A stretch of 64,000 nt of DNA from Nemertoderma westbladi (GCA_032718475.1 JAUCBJ010002721.1:1-64000); one strand, 5' to 3'; shown: positions 1 to 11,823, counted from the stretch's first letter. A program made the numbers and translations. Notes: a model not told the origin generated them from the sequence alone.

Positions 1-129
1 ATATCCTTAGGTAAGCTGCTACACACAGAGCCTTGTATATCCTGTGGTAAGCTGCTACACACAGAGCCTTGAATATCTTTAGGTTAGCTACTACACACAG
101 AGCTTGTATATCCTTAGGTAAGCTGCTAC
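1..129. repeat. 36-bp minisatellite (left part)
   Basis: Unit gccttgtatatcct(t/g)(a/t)ggtaagctgctacacacaga; the array resumes at 4530 after an insertion. Confidence 0.9.
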
Positions 130-1013
130 TAGTGTTGAGAACTGAATCAATTTTAACTAATTTCAGTTACAGTTTCAGTATTCAAAGTTTTGCATTTCAG
201 TTACAGTTACAGTTTCAGTATTCAAAGTTTTGCATTTCAGTTACAGTTACAGTTTCAGTATTACAAAGAGTAACATTTCAGTTACAGTTTCAGTATTACA
301 AAATTGAGCATTTCAGTTTCAGTTACAGTTTCAGTTACAATTTCAATATATATGATCTCACGTAGTAAGCAGTCATTGAATTAATGTAGTCTCATCGGGG
401 CGGGGTGCAGTGCAGTCACTCACCCAATGCGTCACTTGCCCAACAAAAATCAAACGAATCACTTGCCAAATAAAAAAAAAGATATCTGAAACTATAAATG
501 AGGCACTTTAATATATTACTGTAATATACGCTAATAATAATGTTCATTACGAAACGTCCTCTTTCTAGAGCTAATAGGTAGTTGTTGTAGGAAAGTTGGA
601 CCCACTCTATGGTAATATTTTGTAACTAATATACTGACAGTATGTAATGAAAGTGGCACGTCACAAGATCACACCAAAGGCACATTTTACTGTACATCTT
701 GTTTCAGTGCTTGTACAGTACTGTTATCATTTATTGTTTTGGTTATAAAAGCCATGCTTCTGAATCCTGCTCATTTTCCTTAATTCGTAATTTGTTTTAG
801 TATTAATATATTTATTGTTTTGGTTAGACCCACCTCGATATGCTGCTCCTTTCACTTTTAAGTTTAATTTTGTAATTTATAATGGTAAACTTGATCAAAA
901 TTTAATTTCCAGTGTGCCTCTAGTGTGATTGTGATATTAATAGTACCGGGTAACATTAATAATTCATAATGTAAAATATATATCCGTTAATATCCCTCTA
1001 CCATTAGGCCTAA

Positions 1014-3964
1014 ATTGGCTACTGGAACAGAAGACAGAGAAGAAAGAAGAACCAACCTGATGAAATGTAAAAGACACTAAAGATTGCTACAATGAACGCA
1101 CGCACGCTGAAAGCACAGAGCAAACAGGGTGACATGGTCGCTCTGGCAATGGAATATAACATCGACATCATCTGCATCCAAGAACATCGGATTTGTCATG
1201 AAGACACTGCCATGAAGTACAATGACATTGGAAATGGATGGACGTTAGTAACAAGCTCAGCAGTAAGAAACTCGGCCAATGCATCAATTGGCGGAGTAGG
1301 AATTCTGCTAAGCCCATTTGCACTTAAGACCCTAAACAACATCGAATCTATAAATTCCAGGGTTATGATCGCAACATTTGATGGGAATCCCAAGACAACA
1401 GTTATATGTTGCTACAGTCCAACCAATGCATCAGAGCCAGAACAAGCAGTCAAGTTTTATGAAGAACTGACTGGGCTTATTAAGGACATCCCGAAACACA
1501 ATGTTAAAGTCATTGCTGGTGACCTGAATGCGCAAATTGGCCCAGAAGACATCAAGGGTTACACCTATAACACCAGTTCTAACAGAAATGGGTACTTAAT
1601 TTTAGACCTAATGGAAGAATGTGAATTGATACCAACAAACAACACATTCGAAAAGAGTAAGGGGAAGCTGTGGACCTTTCAATACCCTAATGGAACCAAA
1701 GCACAACTGGATTACATCCTCATAAACAAAAAGTGGAGAAACAGCATGATCAACTGCGAGGCATACAGCTCGTTCAACCTAATTGGTTCGGACCACAGAA
1801 TTGTGACTGCAGAGATCAGACTCAGTTTGAGAGCCAGCAAACCCAGGACAAGCAAGCAAATCAACTATGACTGGGAGAAACTCAGAACTGACAATGCTGT
1901 AAAGGATGCTTATACAGTAGAAGTTCAAAACCGCTTTGAAGCACTTCAGTCAATGGATGAAGACCAATCCACCGATTCAATATACCAGAATATAATAACA
2001 GCCCACAAGGAATCAGCTAAGAGGCATATCCCCCAGAAACCTAAACGAAAACAGTATGTGCCATGGCAAAACTCTGAGGTTACTTGTAAGAGAGAAGATC
2101 TTAAGATAGCCTACAAAGTTAAAACCGAACAACCAACAACCGAAAACATTATCAAGGTTGAGAAAGCTAAGGACGATCTTAAATTGGCCTACAACATCAG
2201 CCAGGAAAAGTACATACAGGATAAAACTGAAGCAATTACAACTGCTCACATACAGCAACAATCAAGACTTACCTGGCAAACTGTAAATGAGGTATCTGGT
2301 CGGAAAAGTTGTGCAAAGGGGCGCCTCAAAGCCGATAGTCCTGAAGAACGTGTTGGGAAGTGGAAAAATCACTTCAGCAACTTGCTTGGGCAGCCACCAA
2401 ACATTGAGGTCAGCCCTACAAGGAAAATATATGACAAGACACTACCTATAGAAACAGGGGACTTCACACCTGCCGAACTCCAAAGAAGCATTAAAAGCAT
2501 GTCCAATAATAAAGCGAGTGGATTAGATGAAATCCCAGCGGAGGTATGGAAAACCGGAGTGCTAAATAGACCATTATTGAATGTTTGCAACCGGATGTTA
2601 AAAGGGGAAAAGCCACCACCAATTTGGACTAAAGGTCAACTATAAAGCCTCTCCCCAAGAAAGGAGACCTCGGCATACCAACAAACTATCGTGGGATCTG
2701 TCTGCTTGTGGTCGCTGCAAAAATATACAATAAAATGATTCTATATAGGATTAGGCCTCACATAGAGAAACTACTGCGTAAGAGCCAAAACGGATTTCGA
2801 CCAAGTAGATCAACAATAGCTCAGATACTTGCACTACGGAGACTGATTGAAGGAATTAAGTCAAAGAATCTCCCCGCAGTCATGACTTTTGTGGACTTCA
2901 AGAAGGCATTCGACTCCATCCATAGAGGTAAAATGCTTGAAATCCTAAGAGCTTATGGAATACCAGAAGTAATTGTTGCTGGCATTGGATTGTTATATTG
3001 TGACACAGAAGCGCAGGTACTCTCACCAGATGGTGAAACTGAGTTTTTCTCAATGCTGGCTGGCGTACTGCAAGGTGACACATTAGCACCATTACTATTT
3101 GTAATTGTGCTGGATTACGCAATGAGGACGGCCACAAAGGGTGAAGATCTGGGATTCACACTTCAAGAACGCAGAAGTAGTAGATATCCGGCAACTACAG
3201 TCACAGACACCGACTTTGCGGATGACATCGCCCTGCTCTCTAATACGCTAGCAGATGCACAGCTACTACTAAATAAAGTGGAGAGGGCTGCTAAAGAGGT
3301 TGGATTGCATATAAATGCTACCAAGACCGAATTCATGACCTTTAATGTTGATGGAAACTTGACAACCATTGATAATAATCAACTAAGGAAGGTCGATGAC
3401 TTCCAGTACCTTGGATCATGGATAGAGAGCAGCAAAAAGGACATAGAAGTTAGGAAAGCAAAGGCTTGGGTAGCTCTATCAAAAATGAATACCATCTGGA
3501 AATCAGATCTCTCCAGGCACCTGAAGACTAAGTTCTTTCGAGCCACAGTGGAAAGTGTATTTTTATACGGGGGTGAAACCTGGACACTGACTAAATCACT
3601 TGAACAACGAATTGATGGTTGCTACACAAGACTACTAAGGGCAGCCCTAAACATCAGCTGGAGACAACACATGACAAACGCCGAGCTTTATGGTACAATA
3701 CCACCTGTATCAACCACCCTCCGTGAACGCAGATTAAGATTCAGTGGGCACTGCTGGCGAAGTAAAGACGAGGTCATACCAGATCTACTTCTCTGGCAAC
3801 CAACTCATGGAAAGCGTAGTCGTGGACGACCTGCCATAACATATGTAGATCAACTTGAAAGGGATACTGAACTTAGGAGAAACGAAATTGCGACAACTAT
3901 GGAGAATCGGGAAGCCTGGAAGGATCTCATTTCCACTGTCCGAGCTCGCTCGACCTAGTAGTAG
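1014..3964 (+). mobile_element. RTE-clade non-LTR retrotransposon, near full length
   Basis: 15-bp TSD taccattaggcctaa (999-1013, 3965-3979); (TAG)n tail directly at the stop codon; APE plus RT coding sequence. Confidence 0.92.
1092..3958 (+). pseudogene. RTE APE-endonuclease/reverse transcriptase ORF split by one frameshift near 2635
   Basis: APE motifs IQEHR, GDLNA, LDYIL, SDHR; RT motifs FVDFKKAFDS, GVLQGDTLAP, FADDIALL, YLGS; IKPLPKKGDL resumes in another frame at about 2642. Confidence 0.9.
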
Positions 3965-4529
3965 TACCATTAGGCCTAACTTTTCTTTGTTTATCTAAAA
4001 CATTTACATTTAATATGAAGAGAAAGTGGTGATAAGGCTGATAATAGTCTAATAGTTGAGACAGATAAACATGGACTATATGCTACTGTAGATCTTCGTT
4101 CACTACTTGACTCGCCAAATAAATTACATTTGAGCTAAGTGGACAATAGGTCTTTTTTTATTGTGTAATATGATGGTTTTGTTCAGAAATGGAAAAAATG
4201 AGATTGTTTTTTATAACAATGTTTTAAAAATGATAGCTATGGTAACCACTGTTATTCATTTATTAAACTATACTCTATACTATTACAATACTGTTTTAAA
4301 TGCTCATTCATGTTAATTGTGTGATTGAGAACTGAATCGGATTTTGTTAATTTCAGTTTCAGTTACAGTTACAGTATTCAAAATTCGTAATTACAGTTTC
4401 AGTTACAGTTACAGTATTCAAAATTCGCAATTGCAGTTACAGTTATAGTTACAGTATCAAAAAAATCATCAAAATCATTCAGTTACAGTTGCAGTTACAG
4501 TATAATTACAGTTACAGTTCTCAACACTA

Positions 4530-5320
4530 GCTGCTACACACAGAGCCTTGTATATCCTGTGGTAAGCTGCTACACACAGAGCCTTGTATATCCTGTGGTA
4601 AGCTGCTACACACAGAGCCTTGTATATCCTGTGGTAAGCTGCTACACACAGAGCCTTGAATATCTTTAGGTCAGCTACTACAACACACAGGGCTTGTATA
4701 TCCTTAGGTAAGCTGCTACACACAGAGCGTTGTATATCCTTAGGTAAGTTTATACACACAGAGCCTTGTATATCCTTAGGTAAGTTGATACACACAGAGC
4801 CTTGTATATCCTTAGGTTAGCTGCTACACACAGAGCCTTGTATATCCTTAGGTAAGCTGCTCCTGCTACACACAGAGCCTTGTATATCCTGTGGTAAGCT
4901 GCTACACACAGAGCCTTGTATATCCTGTGGTAAGCTGCTACACACAGAGCCTTGAATATCTTTAGGTCAGCTACTACACACAGAGCTTGTATATCCTTAG
5001 GTAAGCTGCTACACACAGAGCGTTGTATATCCTTAGGTAAGTTTATACACACAGAGCCTTGTATATCCTTAGGTTAGCTGCTACACACAGAGCCTTGTAT
5101 ATCCTGTGGTAAGCTGCTACACACAGAGCCTTGAATATCTTTAGGTCAGCTACTACACACAGAGCTTGTATATCCTTAGGTAAGCTGCTACACACAGAGC
5201 GTTGTATATCCTTAGGTAAGTTTATACACACAGAGCCTTGTATATCCTTAGGTAAGCTGCTACACACAGCCTTGTATATCTTTAGGTTGGCTGCTACACA
5301 CAGGGCTTTGTATATCCTTA
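4530..5320. repeat. 36-bp minisatellite (right part, about 21 units)
   Basis: Same unit as 1-129, with some higher-order variant periodicity. Confidence 0.9.
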
Positions 5321-5441
5321 TCTATGTAAGTTGTTTGACTGCATTATCTAGTATCACCCTGTGAAGCAGTCAAAAACCACCCATATCCTCTGTTGCGATC
5401 TCCAATTATCGGCTGCCAGTTTTGCTACTTTACATTTGCAG

Positions 5442-5544
5442 GTCGGGACAAGATATTCAGAAACAAAGTGTTCTTCAGAACTTACCAGATCTGTTTGCTT
5501 ACAACCCAACCAAAACTTTGGATGCTGTAATGCCGGCTATCAAG
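5442..5544 (+). CDS. PPP4R4: PP4 regulatory subunit 4, exon
   Basis: cag/gt boundaries; SGQDIQKQSVLQNLPDLF resembles PPP4R4 AGQDVQGTSVIANLP. Confidence 0.85.
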
Positions 5545-6077
5545 GTATGAATATCTGAATTACGGTACATTAAAACACATTGTGGACCTTCGCGCACAAT
5601 AAATTAAAACTTTTCATACAGTTCTACTACAACTGCTGTAGTCGAAACATAACATCTAATTAACATTGTCTTGATTTCGAAGCTCTTCGCCTTCATCTTG
5701 AAAATTTTGCAATTATAAAACCTATAGAATACTATCTAAATACTATCTACAAAAAGATACTATCTATCCAATTCAGCGTGCTGCATTGGTTTTGGAAATA
5801 CCATGCTATGCTATCGACAAAATTTCGCCGCTTCAACTCACTATCACGGTTTGAAATTGAACTACCAATAAAAACGCCAAGATATGTAGCTAGTATACCA
5901 CAGAAATTAAAATGAACAGGTTGTGTTATTTAAAAAATATAAATTTCTTATAGCTATAGTTTTTGTAAAGACACTACCGCGGTAGTAACCGCACTAGTAA
6001 CTCTATTAACTAGTAACTATTTTACTCTTGATATTTTTCAATTTTTCATTCATTCTTGATAGTTCACCAATGCCACA

Positions 6078-6200
6078 TCATTTAGTCATGATTTTCGCGA
6101 AATTATCCGCATCTTTATTTCCGGTACCGTTATCCTTTAAGAGGCGTCTCAAGAAATACATGACATTTTCACGATGCTTATTCTCTCCATGAGGCCATTG
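6078..6200 (-). mobile_element. Decayed 3' fragment of the second RTE family
   Basis: WPHGENKH...FLRRLLKD...DADNFAKIM matches the C-terminus at 20897-21100. Confidence 0.6.
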
Positions 6201-6428
6201 TCGTTCAAACGTTGAACGATAATGGAAGAAACGGCGAGAGCGGTGGACGTTCAGAGGGACAGACGGACCGAGAGTCAGGCAGACGGAAACTAAGAGGCCC
6301 ATTCACATTGTGGTCCCCCCACAACTACAGTAATGCTTGTGTTCAGGTTCTAACGTTCTCAATTAAAATAAAACAGTTTAATGAAGAGTCGGAAATCTAC
6401 ATCGAAATATTTACTTTCTTTTTCACAG

Positions 6429-6650
6429 ACGTTCTTGGACACCGCTGATGAAGATATCCAACTTATAGCTGCTGATAACTTTTGGCGCGTTCTGGAACAC
6501 CAAGCAGTGAGCACCACTGCGTATTCCAGTAGCTTTCTGCCCATTGTGCTCAAATTGATAGCCCACAAGGACGGTGCCATCGCTAGCTACTGGATGGAAA
6601 CTCTAGTCGAGGTTGTGGGTTACCTTTCTAGAGATGTGGTACAGCGCCAG
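6429..6650 (+). CDS. PPP4R4: PP4 regulatory subunit 4, exon
   Basis: AG/GT boundaries; IQLIAA...SFLPIVL...YWMETLVEV HEAT-repeat sequence typical of PPP4R4. Confidence 0.9.
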
Positions 6651-6866
6651 GTCAGTTACTACTATTATACGTTTAAGCATTTTTCATTAAGATTACAAAA
6701 TGAACAAGGACCGGCAATTTATTTTTTCATAACGATGATCACCGATAGTTAGTTCAGAGTTAGTTTGGCACCCGCCTTACTTTGTAGGGAACAGCCAAGA
6801 GAGAGGAGCCTTCGTGTCGCTTCCAGTGTTTCTTGTTCCATATTCACCGATAACTTCTGTAAAATT

Positions 6867-7025
6867 GGGTCAGAGTAAAGCGCGGATCCGGATCCCAAAA
6901 ATAAAACTGTAACCTGTTCTATTGACTTTAGTTTATTGTTTTGGTTAAAATAACGTGCCACTGTAATCGGCTCCTTTCCCTTAATTGATAATTTTGGAAT
7001 CCGGATCCGCGTTTTACACCTACCC
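6867..7025. mobile_element. Mutator-like MITE, copy 1
   Basis: TIR gggtcagagtaaagcgcggatccggat / atccggatccgcgttttacacctaccc; 9-bp TSD tgtaaaatt. Confidence 0.8.
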
Positions 7026-7403
7026 TGTAAAATTTAAACCAATGAATAACATTGGAGTTATAATCCAATCATAGTTGTGCTTCACAAACCACAATCAAAG
7101 CAAAAAGGGAAACTTCAATTTAATTAATCGAATTTCACAAAATCCTACATCTACTATCCATAGATACCTGCCACGAAATATTTAATTCCAAAATTTAACC
7201 TGCTCGCTACGCCCTTCCTACTTTTTACTCTGTATTGTTATTGTTATGTAATACAAATAATAATTTATTCTTTGTACTTATATACCTCAACTTGCCCCTT
7301 TTGGGATGAATAATGTATCATATTCAATTCACTGATAACTTCACTTTGATTAATAAATATATCAATTATGATATATTATCAGATTAAATATTTTTATCTT
7401 TAG

Positions 7404-7510
7404 GTACTCCCCATAGCTATTGAACGCGGCCAACTACGACAGCCATCAACTTATCGCTGTTCCGCTTGTCAGTTGCTCGGCAAAATGGCGTTGAAACTGG
7501 ACCAAAATAC
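7404..7510 (+). CDS. PPP4R4: PP4 regulatory subunit 4, exon
   Basis: tag|VLPIAIERGQLRQPSTYRCSACQLLGKMALKLDQN|gtaagt; the phase fits the exon at 22323. Confidence 0.88.
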
Positions 7511-7677
7511 GTAAGTTGGATTCAAGAAAAGGCTTTCAACAACATCAATTTTAATTGCTATTATTATTTCGACAAACTGCACTTTCGATATTAAAATAGA
7601 GGATGTTTTGTTCTCAATCTGTTCTGAAAAGATGGTTGTTAGTCTTTGTAGCATTCCGTGCTTTCAGACATAAAATT

Positions 7678-7860
7678 CCACAAGGACCACTGGCAAACAT
7701 TCCCCACCACTGGTAAACATTCCCCAAGGACCACTGGCAAACATTCCCCAAGGACCACTGGCAAACATTCCCCACCACTGGCAAACATTCCCCAAGGACC
7801 ACTGGCAAACATTCCCCAAGGACCACTGACAAACATCCCCCAAGCACCACTGGCAAACAT
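7678..7860. repeat. ~24-bp minisatellite (left part)
   Basis: ccccaaggaccactggcaaacatt units; continues at 21149. Confidence 0.9.
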
Positions 7861-8750
7861 CCAAACGAAATCTGCCTTGCCGCGGCATGACTGGTCCTCT
7901 CTGTTACAACAGCCAAGTGTGAGATCCAGCTTCACACTACAGCTGAGCAACAGGTATGAGGTTCTTACCTCTGAGGCGGCAGATCACTGTGAGGGCTATA
8001 CTGCCTTCACAGAGGCAGTTAAGGCAGAAACAGTTCCTGTATACCCTCGAAACAGGAAACGTGCCCCCTGGACTGACAACAAAATTCAGAAGTGCCGAAA
8101 TGACCTCTACAAGGCGCTGAAAGAGTCCCGACTCAAACAGACTACAGCGGCCAAGAATGCAGTTAAGGCTGCATCTAGGTCCCTGAACAGGCAGTACTCT
8201 GTAATTTACAGGAGCTAATAAACCAACAGGTTGATGCCATCAATGATGCTGACGACAGCAGGCAATCATCACAGGCATGGAAATCGATCAATCTGCTTAC
8301 TGGGCGGAAAAGCCAACCAACCACCAAGGTTAAGGCTGAATCACCAGCCGATCGCCTCAATGGTTGGAAGGCCACTTCGAAAAGCTCCTCAATAATGACA
8401 GGGTATTGCCTGATAACTTTATAGAAGTAAAAGTGTCTGAGTCTGTACTCCCAGATATTCCCATTGGCGATATCTCCTTTGCAGAAGTGAAGGCTGCTGC
8501 AAAGAGCATTAAGACCAATCGTGCCAGTGGGGTAGATGGTGTTCCCCCTGAGGTCTTTAAAATACCTGAGTGTTTAAAGCTCATCTATCCCATCATAGTA
8601 GACATGTACCGAACAACAAGAGTCCCACAAGAAATGAAAACAAATAAGTTGGTGCCAGTTCCCAAGAAAGGCAACCGAACACTCTATGGTTCTTTTCGGG
8701 GTATCTCATTGATCTCGATTGCTGCAAAGCTATACAATAGAATTCTTTCC
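7861..8750 (+). mobile_element. 5'-truncated RTE LINE (family 2), left part
   Basis: HDWSSL...LSNRYEVL, ASGVDGVPPEVFK, VPVPKKG, FRGISLISIAAKLYNRIL; frameshifted; ends abruptly. Confidence 0.85.
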
Positions 8751-8774
8751 TGGTGGGTCTGACTCCCACAGTAG

Positions 8775-10526
8775 TCACAGCCGAGTACCAATGTCTCCCG
8801 CCCCACGTCGTCTTTCGTCCCATAGCGATCTCCGCGGTCTGTGGAGTCGCTGGTAAGCGAACTTCTGGACGTTAGCGTCCCTATCTACGTCGATCTCCTC
8901 GCCCCTCTCGGGCATCGTCTCCCCGAATACTACCCGTGGTGCCGTCCCCGGTTGCTCGCCCAACCTAATGGTGCTCCCCGCGAAATCCATCGCCGGCTCC
9001 TCGTGCACCCAGGCCCGCTTGCCGGGTCTATCCCAGAAAGCCCTCGCCCCACTGGCCGTCACCACCCTCCCGCCAACCCAGTCTGTGTCCGAGTGGCCGA
9101 TCCTCCCGATGGGCGGCATCTCTCCGAACTCGTCGTCGTCCTCGTCCTCCTCTGGGAGTGGCTCCAACCCCGGTATCCCGGTGTACCCACTATGTCCCTT
9201 CCCGCCTTGGCTCTCGCCCGTAGCTCTCCATCCCTCTAGCTCCCCTAGCCTCCTTAGCGGCTGGTCGCCCTTGGCGCCCGCTGGTATGGGCGTTGCCTGC
9301 AATCCCGACGTCGACTGTTTCGGTGACCCCACCGTCCATCCCAGTTCTCGCCCTAGAGACTCCCCCGAACTCCCTGATGAAGTCCAACGAAGTTCATCCA
9401 AGCCCGCCTGTTCCTCGAAGCCGTAGCTCTGTGCCCTAGCTTCCTCCTCCCTTTCTTCTGCTTCTATCCTCTCCCGTCTGGCGACTTCTTCCAGTCGCTT
9501 CGCCTCTCGTCTATCCGTCTCTAGCTGCTCCCATCTCTGACACGGCGTATCCACCTCCCTGTCTACTAGATGTCGGCTGTTGTAGTACACCGACTCGCCC
9601 TTCAGCCCCGGGTGGTCTACCAGACCCTCGAAAGCCGTCTTAAAGGCTCTTCTGTAGCTTAGGGGTGATCCCGATAATAGGAATGCCGTTGGTTCTCTCT
9701 CGATAATCACGGTCATGAATAGGTTAAGCAAACCTATCATTATCCAGTCCTCCTGTAGGATATATCGCTTCTGATATACCTTTATAGCTCCTCTCCGGAA
9801 TTGATACACCTCTTGTCTCCCTGGCCTCGCTCCCCACTTCAGCGAGTTTGCCAAGTCTGCTCCGTACTCCTCTCTGAACTTGCCCCAGTCCATCGGTTTG
9901 TGACACACGAGCCCCATTAACTGGCCCATCGCCACTGCCCCGCAATGTCCTGTGTTCTCTATTAGTCCCAACCCGTCCGGTGCTGTCATAGCCATGTAGA
10001 CCGTCTGCGTATCCAGAAGGTTGGGGGTGTCCGGACCGATGATTCTCTCCGCGTCGTCGCGAATCGCCGATCCCACTTTCGTCGTCGACTTCTCTCTCAC
10101 TAGTGCTTGCACCGCCTTCGGTAGCCGGTTTAACTTCGGCCCGTCCTTCTTTTCATACGTTCCTAGATCGAATAGGAATATGTCCCCATTTGGCGCGGCC
10201 AAATGTAGGAGTATGGTTCTGGCTGATGCCGCTGATCCTCTCCTCGAACCCTCCTCGTCTTCCACGGTCCCCTCATCGTTCAGGACCATATACCCTTCTC
10301 TGCTGACGGACTCTACGAATCTCTTCCAATCCTTCTTCGGTGGATCCCTTGCGTACTTCAGAATCCCGAACTTCGTTTCGTCTCCTTTTATCACGTAGTG
10401 GAAATGCTCGAAGATCGCGTTGTCCAGCGACGGCGTCCCATAGGTCCCGACCAGCCGCTGTTCGTGCACCTCCCTGAAATGGTCCTGTAGCGCTCGCGCT
10501 GGGTGACCCCTCTCTAACCGTTCCAA
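8775..10526 (-). CDS. Extra ORF3: DEDDy/WRN-EXD-like 3'-5' exonuclease fold, then coiled coil and acidic tail
   Basis: 583-codon open frame; MVLNDEG (ExoI-like), LLHLAAPNGDIFLFDL, LPKAVQALV...KVGSAIRDD (ExoII), LLDTQ, YQKRYILQED (ExoIII-like); the first in-frame ATG is at 10289. Confidence 0.65.
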   Translation of the reverse strand: MERLERGHPARALQDHFREVHEQRLVGTYGTPSLDNAIFEHFHYVIKGDETKFGILKYARDPPKKDWKRFVESVSREGYMVLNDEGTVEDEEGSRRGSAASARTILLHLAAPNGDIFLFDLGTYEKKDGPKLNRLPKAVQALVREKSTTKVGSAIRDDAERIIGPDTPNLLDTQTVYMAMTAPDGLGLIENTGHCGAVAMGQLMGLVCHKPMDWGKFREEYGADLANSLKWGARPGRQEVYQFRRGAIKVYQKRYILQEDWIMIGLLNLFMTVIIEREPTAFLLSGSPLSYRRAFKTAFEGLVDHPGLKGESVYYNSRHLVDREVDTPCQRWEQLETDRREAKRLEEVARRERIEAEEREEEARAQSYGFEEQAGLDELRWTSSGSSGESLGRELGWTVGSPKQSTSGLQATPIPAGAKGDQPLRRLGELEGWRATGESQGGKGHSGYTGIPGLEPLPEEDEDDDEFGEMPPIGRIGHSDTDWVGGRVVTASGARAFWDRPGKRAWVHEEPAMDFAGSTIRLGEQPGTAPRVVFGETMPERGEEIDVDRDANVQKFAYQRLHRPRRSLWDERRRGAGDIGTRL

Positions 10527-10989
10527 GTTTGCTTGCCATCTCGAACTTTACCCGATCGCTCACCCGTTGGGTGGTGCCTTACCAAGGCGCAGTAGGATGA
10601 GTGATAGGTTAAGGTGGTTTATCTCAGTTCGATGGCCTATCTCCCTCTGAATTACTAAGTTAATTAGCCTATTTACACTGTTTTATTTCTGTAGCTACCA
10701 AACTGTGCCTAAATTGCGAATTTTGTCAGTTACTTTTATTATCTTCCAGAATTTTCTTTTCTATTGTTACCGTAATTTGTTAATTTTTCAGCCCTATTCT
10801 TATTTTAATTTTAATATTTTAAACTATTGCCTATGGATTATTCTATTTCATAATCCACATTCTGGCCTACTCTGTGGGCTTGTGCAGTACAACAGTATGC
10901 GTCGCGCGGCCTACACGATTTATCCAGCTGTACTCATATGCCCCCCTCTCGCTACTAACTACTAACTAATATCTGTACTATATATATAT

Positions 10990-11725
10990 CCCTCTACCTC
11001 TTACTCTTACTAACCGGTACTACATACCCTCTTACTAACTTCTAACTCTCTCTAACTAACTAACTAATCGGTACTGCGTACCCTCTTACTAACCTCTAAC
11101 TCCACTAACTAACTAACGGTACTATGTACCCTCTTACTAACCTCTAACTCTACTAACTAACTAACGGTACTATGTACCCTCTTACTAACCTCTAACTCTA
11201 CTAACTATCTAACGGTACTATGTACCCTCTTACTAAACTCCAACTCTCTCCGACTAATTAACGGTACTATGTACCCTCTTACTAAACTCTAACTCTCTCC
11301 AACTAACTAACGGTACTATGTACCCTCTTACTAAACTCTAACTCTCTCCAACTAACTAACGGTACTGTGTACCCTCTTACTAACTAACTTCTGCCTACTG
11401 ACGGTACTACGTACCTTCTTACTAACTAACTTCTGCCTACTGACGGTACTACGTACCTTCTTACTAACTAACTTCTGCCTACTGATGGTACTACGTACCT
11501 TCTTACTAACTAACTTCTGCCTACTGACGGTACTACATACCTTCTTACTAACTAACTTCTGCCTACTGACGGTACTACGTACCTTCTTACTAACTAACTT
11601 CTGCCTACTGACGGTACTACGTACCTTCTTACTAACTAACTTCTGCCTACTGACGGTACTACGTACCTTCTTACTAACTAACTTCTGCCTACTGACGGTA
11701 CTACGTACCTTCTTACTAACTAACT
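10990..11725. repeat. Two adjacent tandem arrays (~47-49 bp and 42 bp) between pol and ORF3
   Basis: Units cggtactatgtaccctcttactaa(c/a)ctctaactc... and ttactaactaacttctgcctactgacggtactacgtaccttc. Confidence 0.9.
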
Positions 11726-11823
11726 TTTTTTATTTTTATTGTGTGGGAAGGGCATCTCACCCTCAATCCCACCCCCCTCAGTCCAAAACTTGGACGACTA
11801 AACTCCACTAAAATTATACAAGA

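Larger units (their letters stand above)
130..4529. mobile_element. Non-autonomous hAT-like DNA transposon carrying a nested RTE
   Basis: 15-bp TIRs tagtgttgagaactg (130-144) and cagttctcaacacta (4515-4529); 8-bp TSD gctgctac (122-129, 4530-4537); cagtta/cagttt subterminal repeats; no transposase ORF. Confidence 0.85.

Noticed and set aside
8775-10526. env gene
   Set aside because: No evident signal peptide, fusion-protein cysteine pattern or C-terminal membrane anchor; the motifs fit an exonuclease fold better
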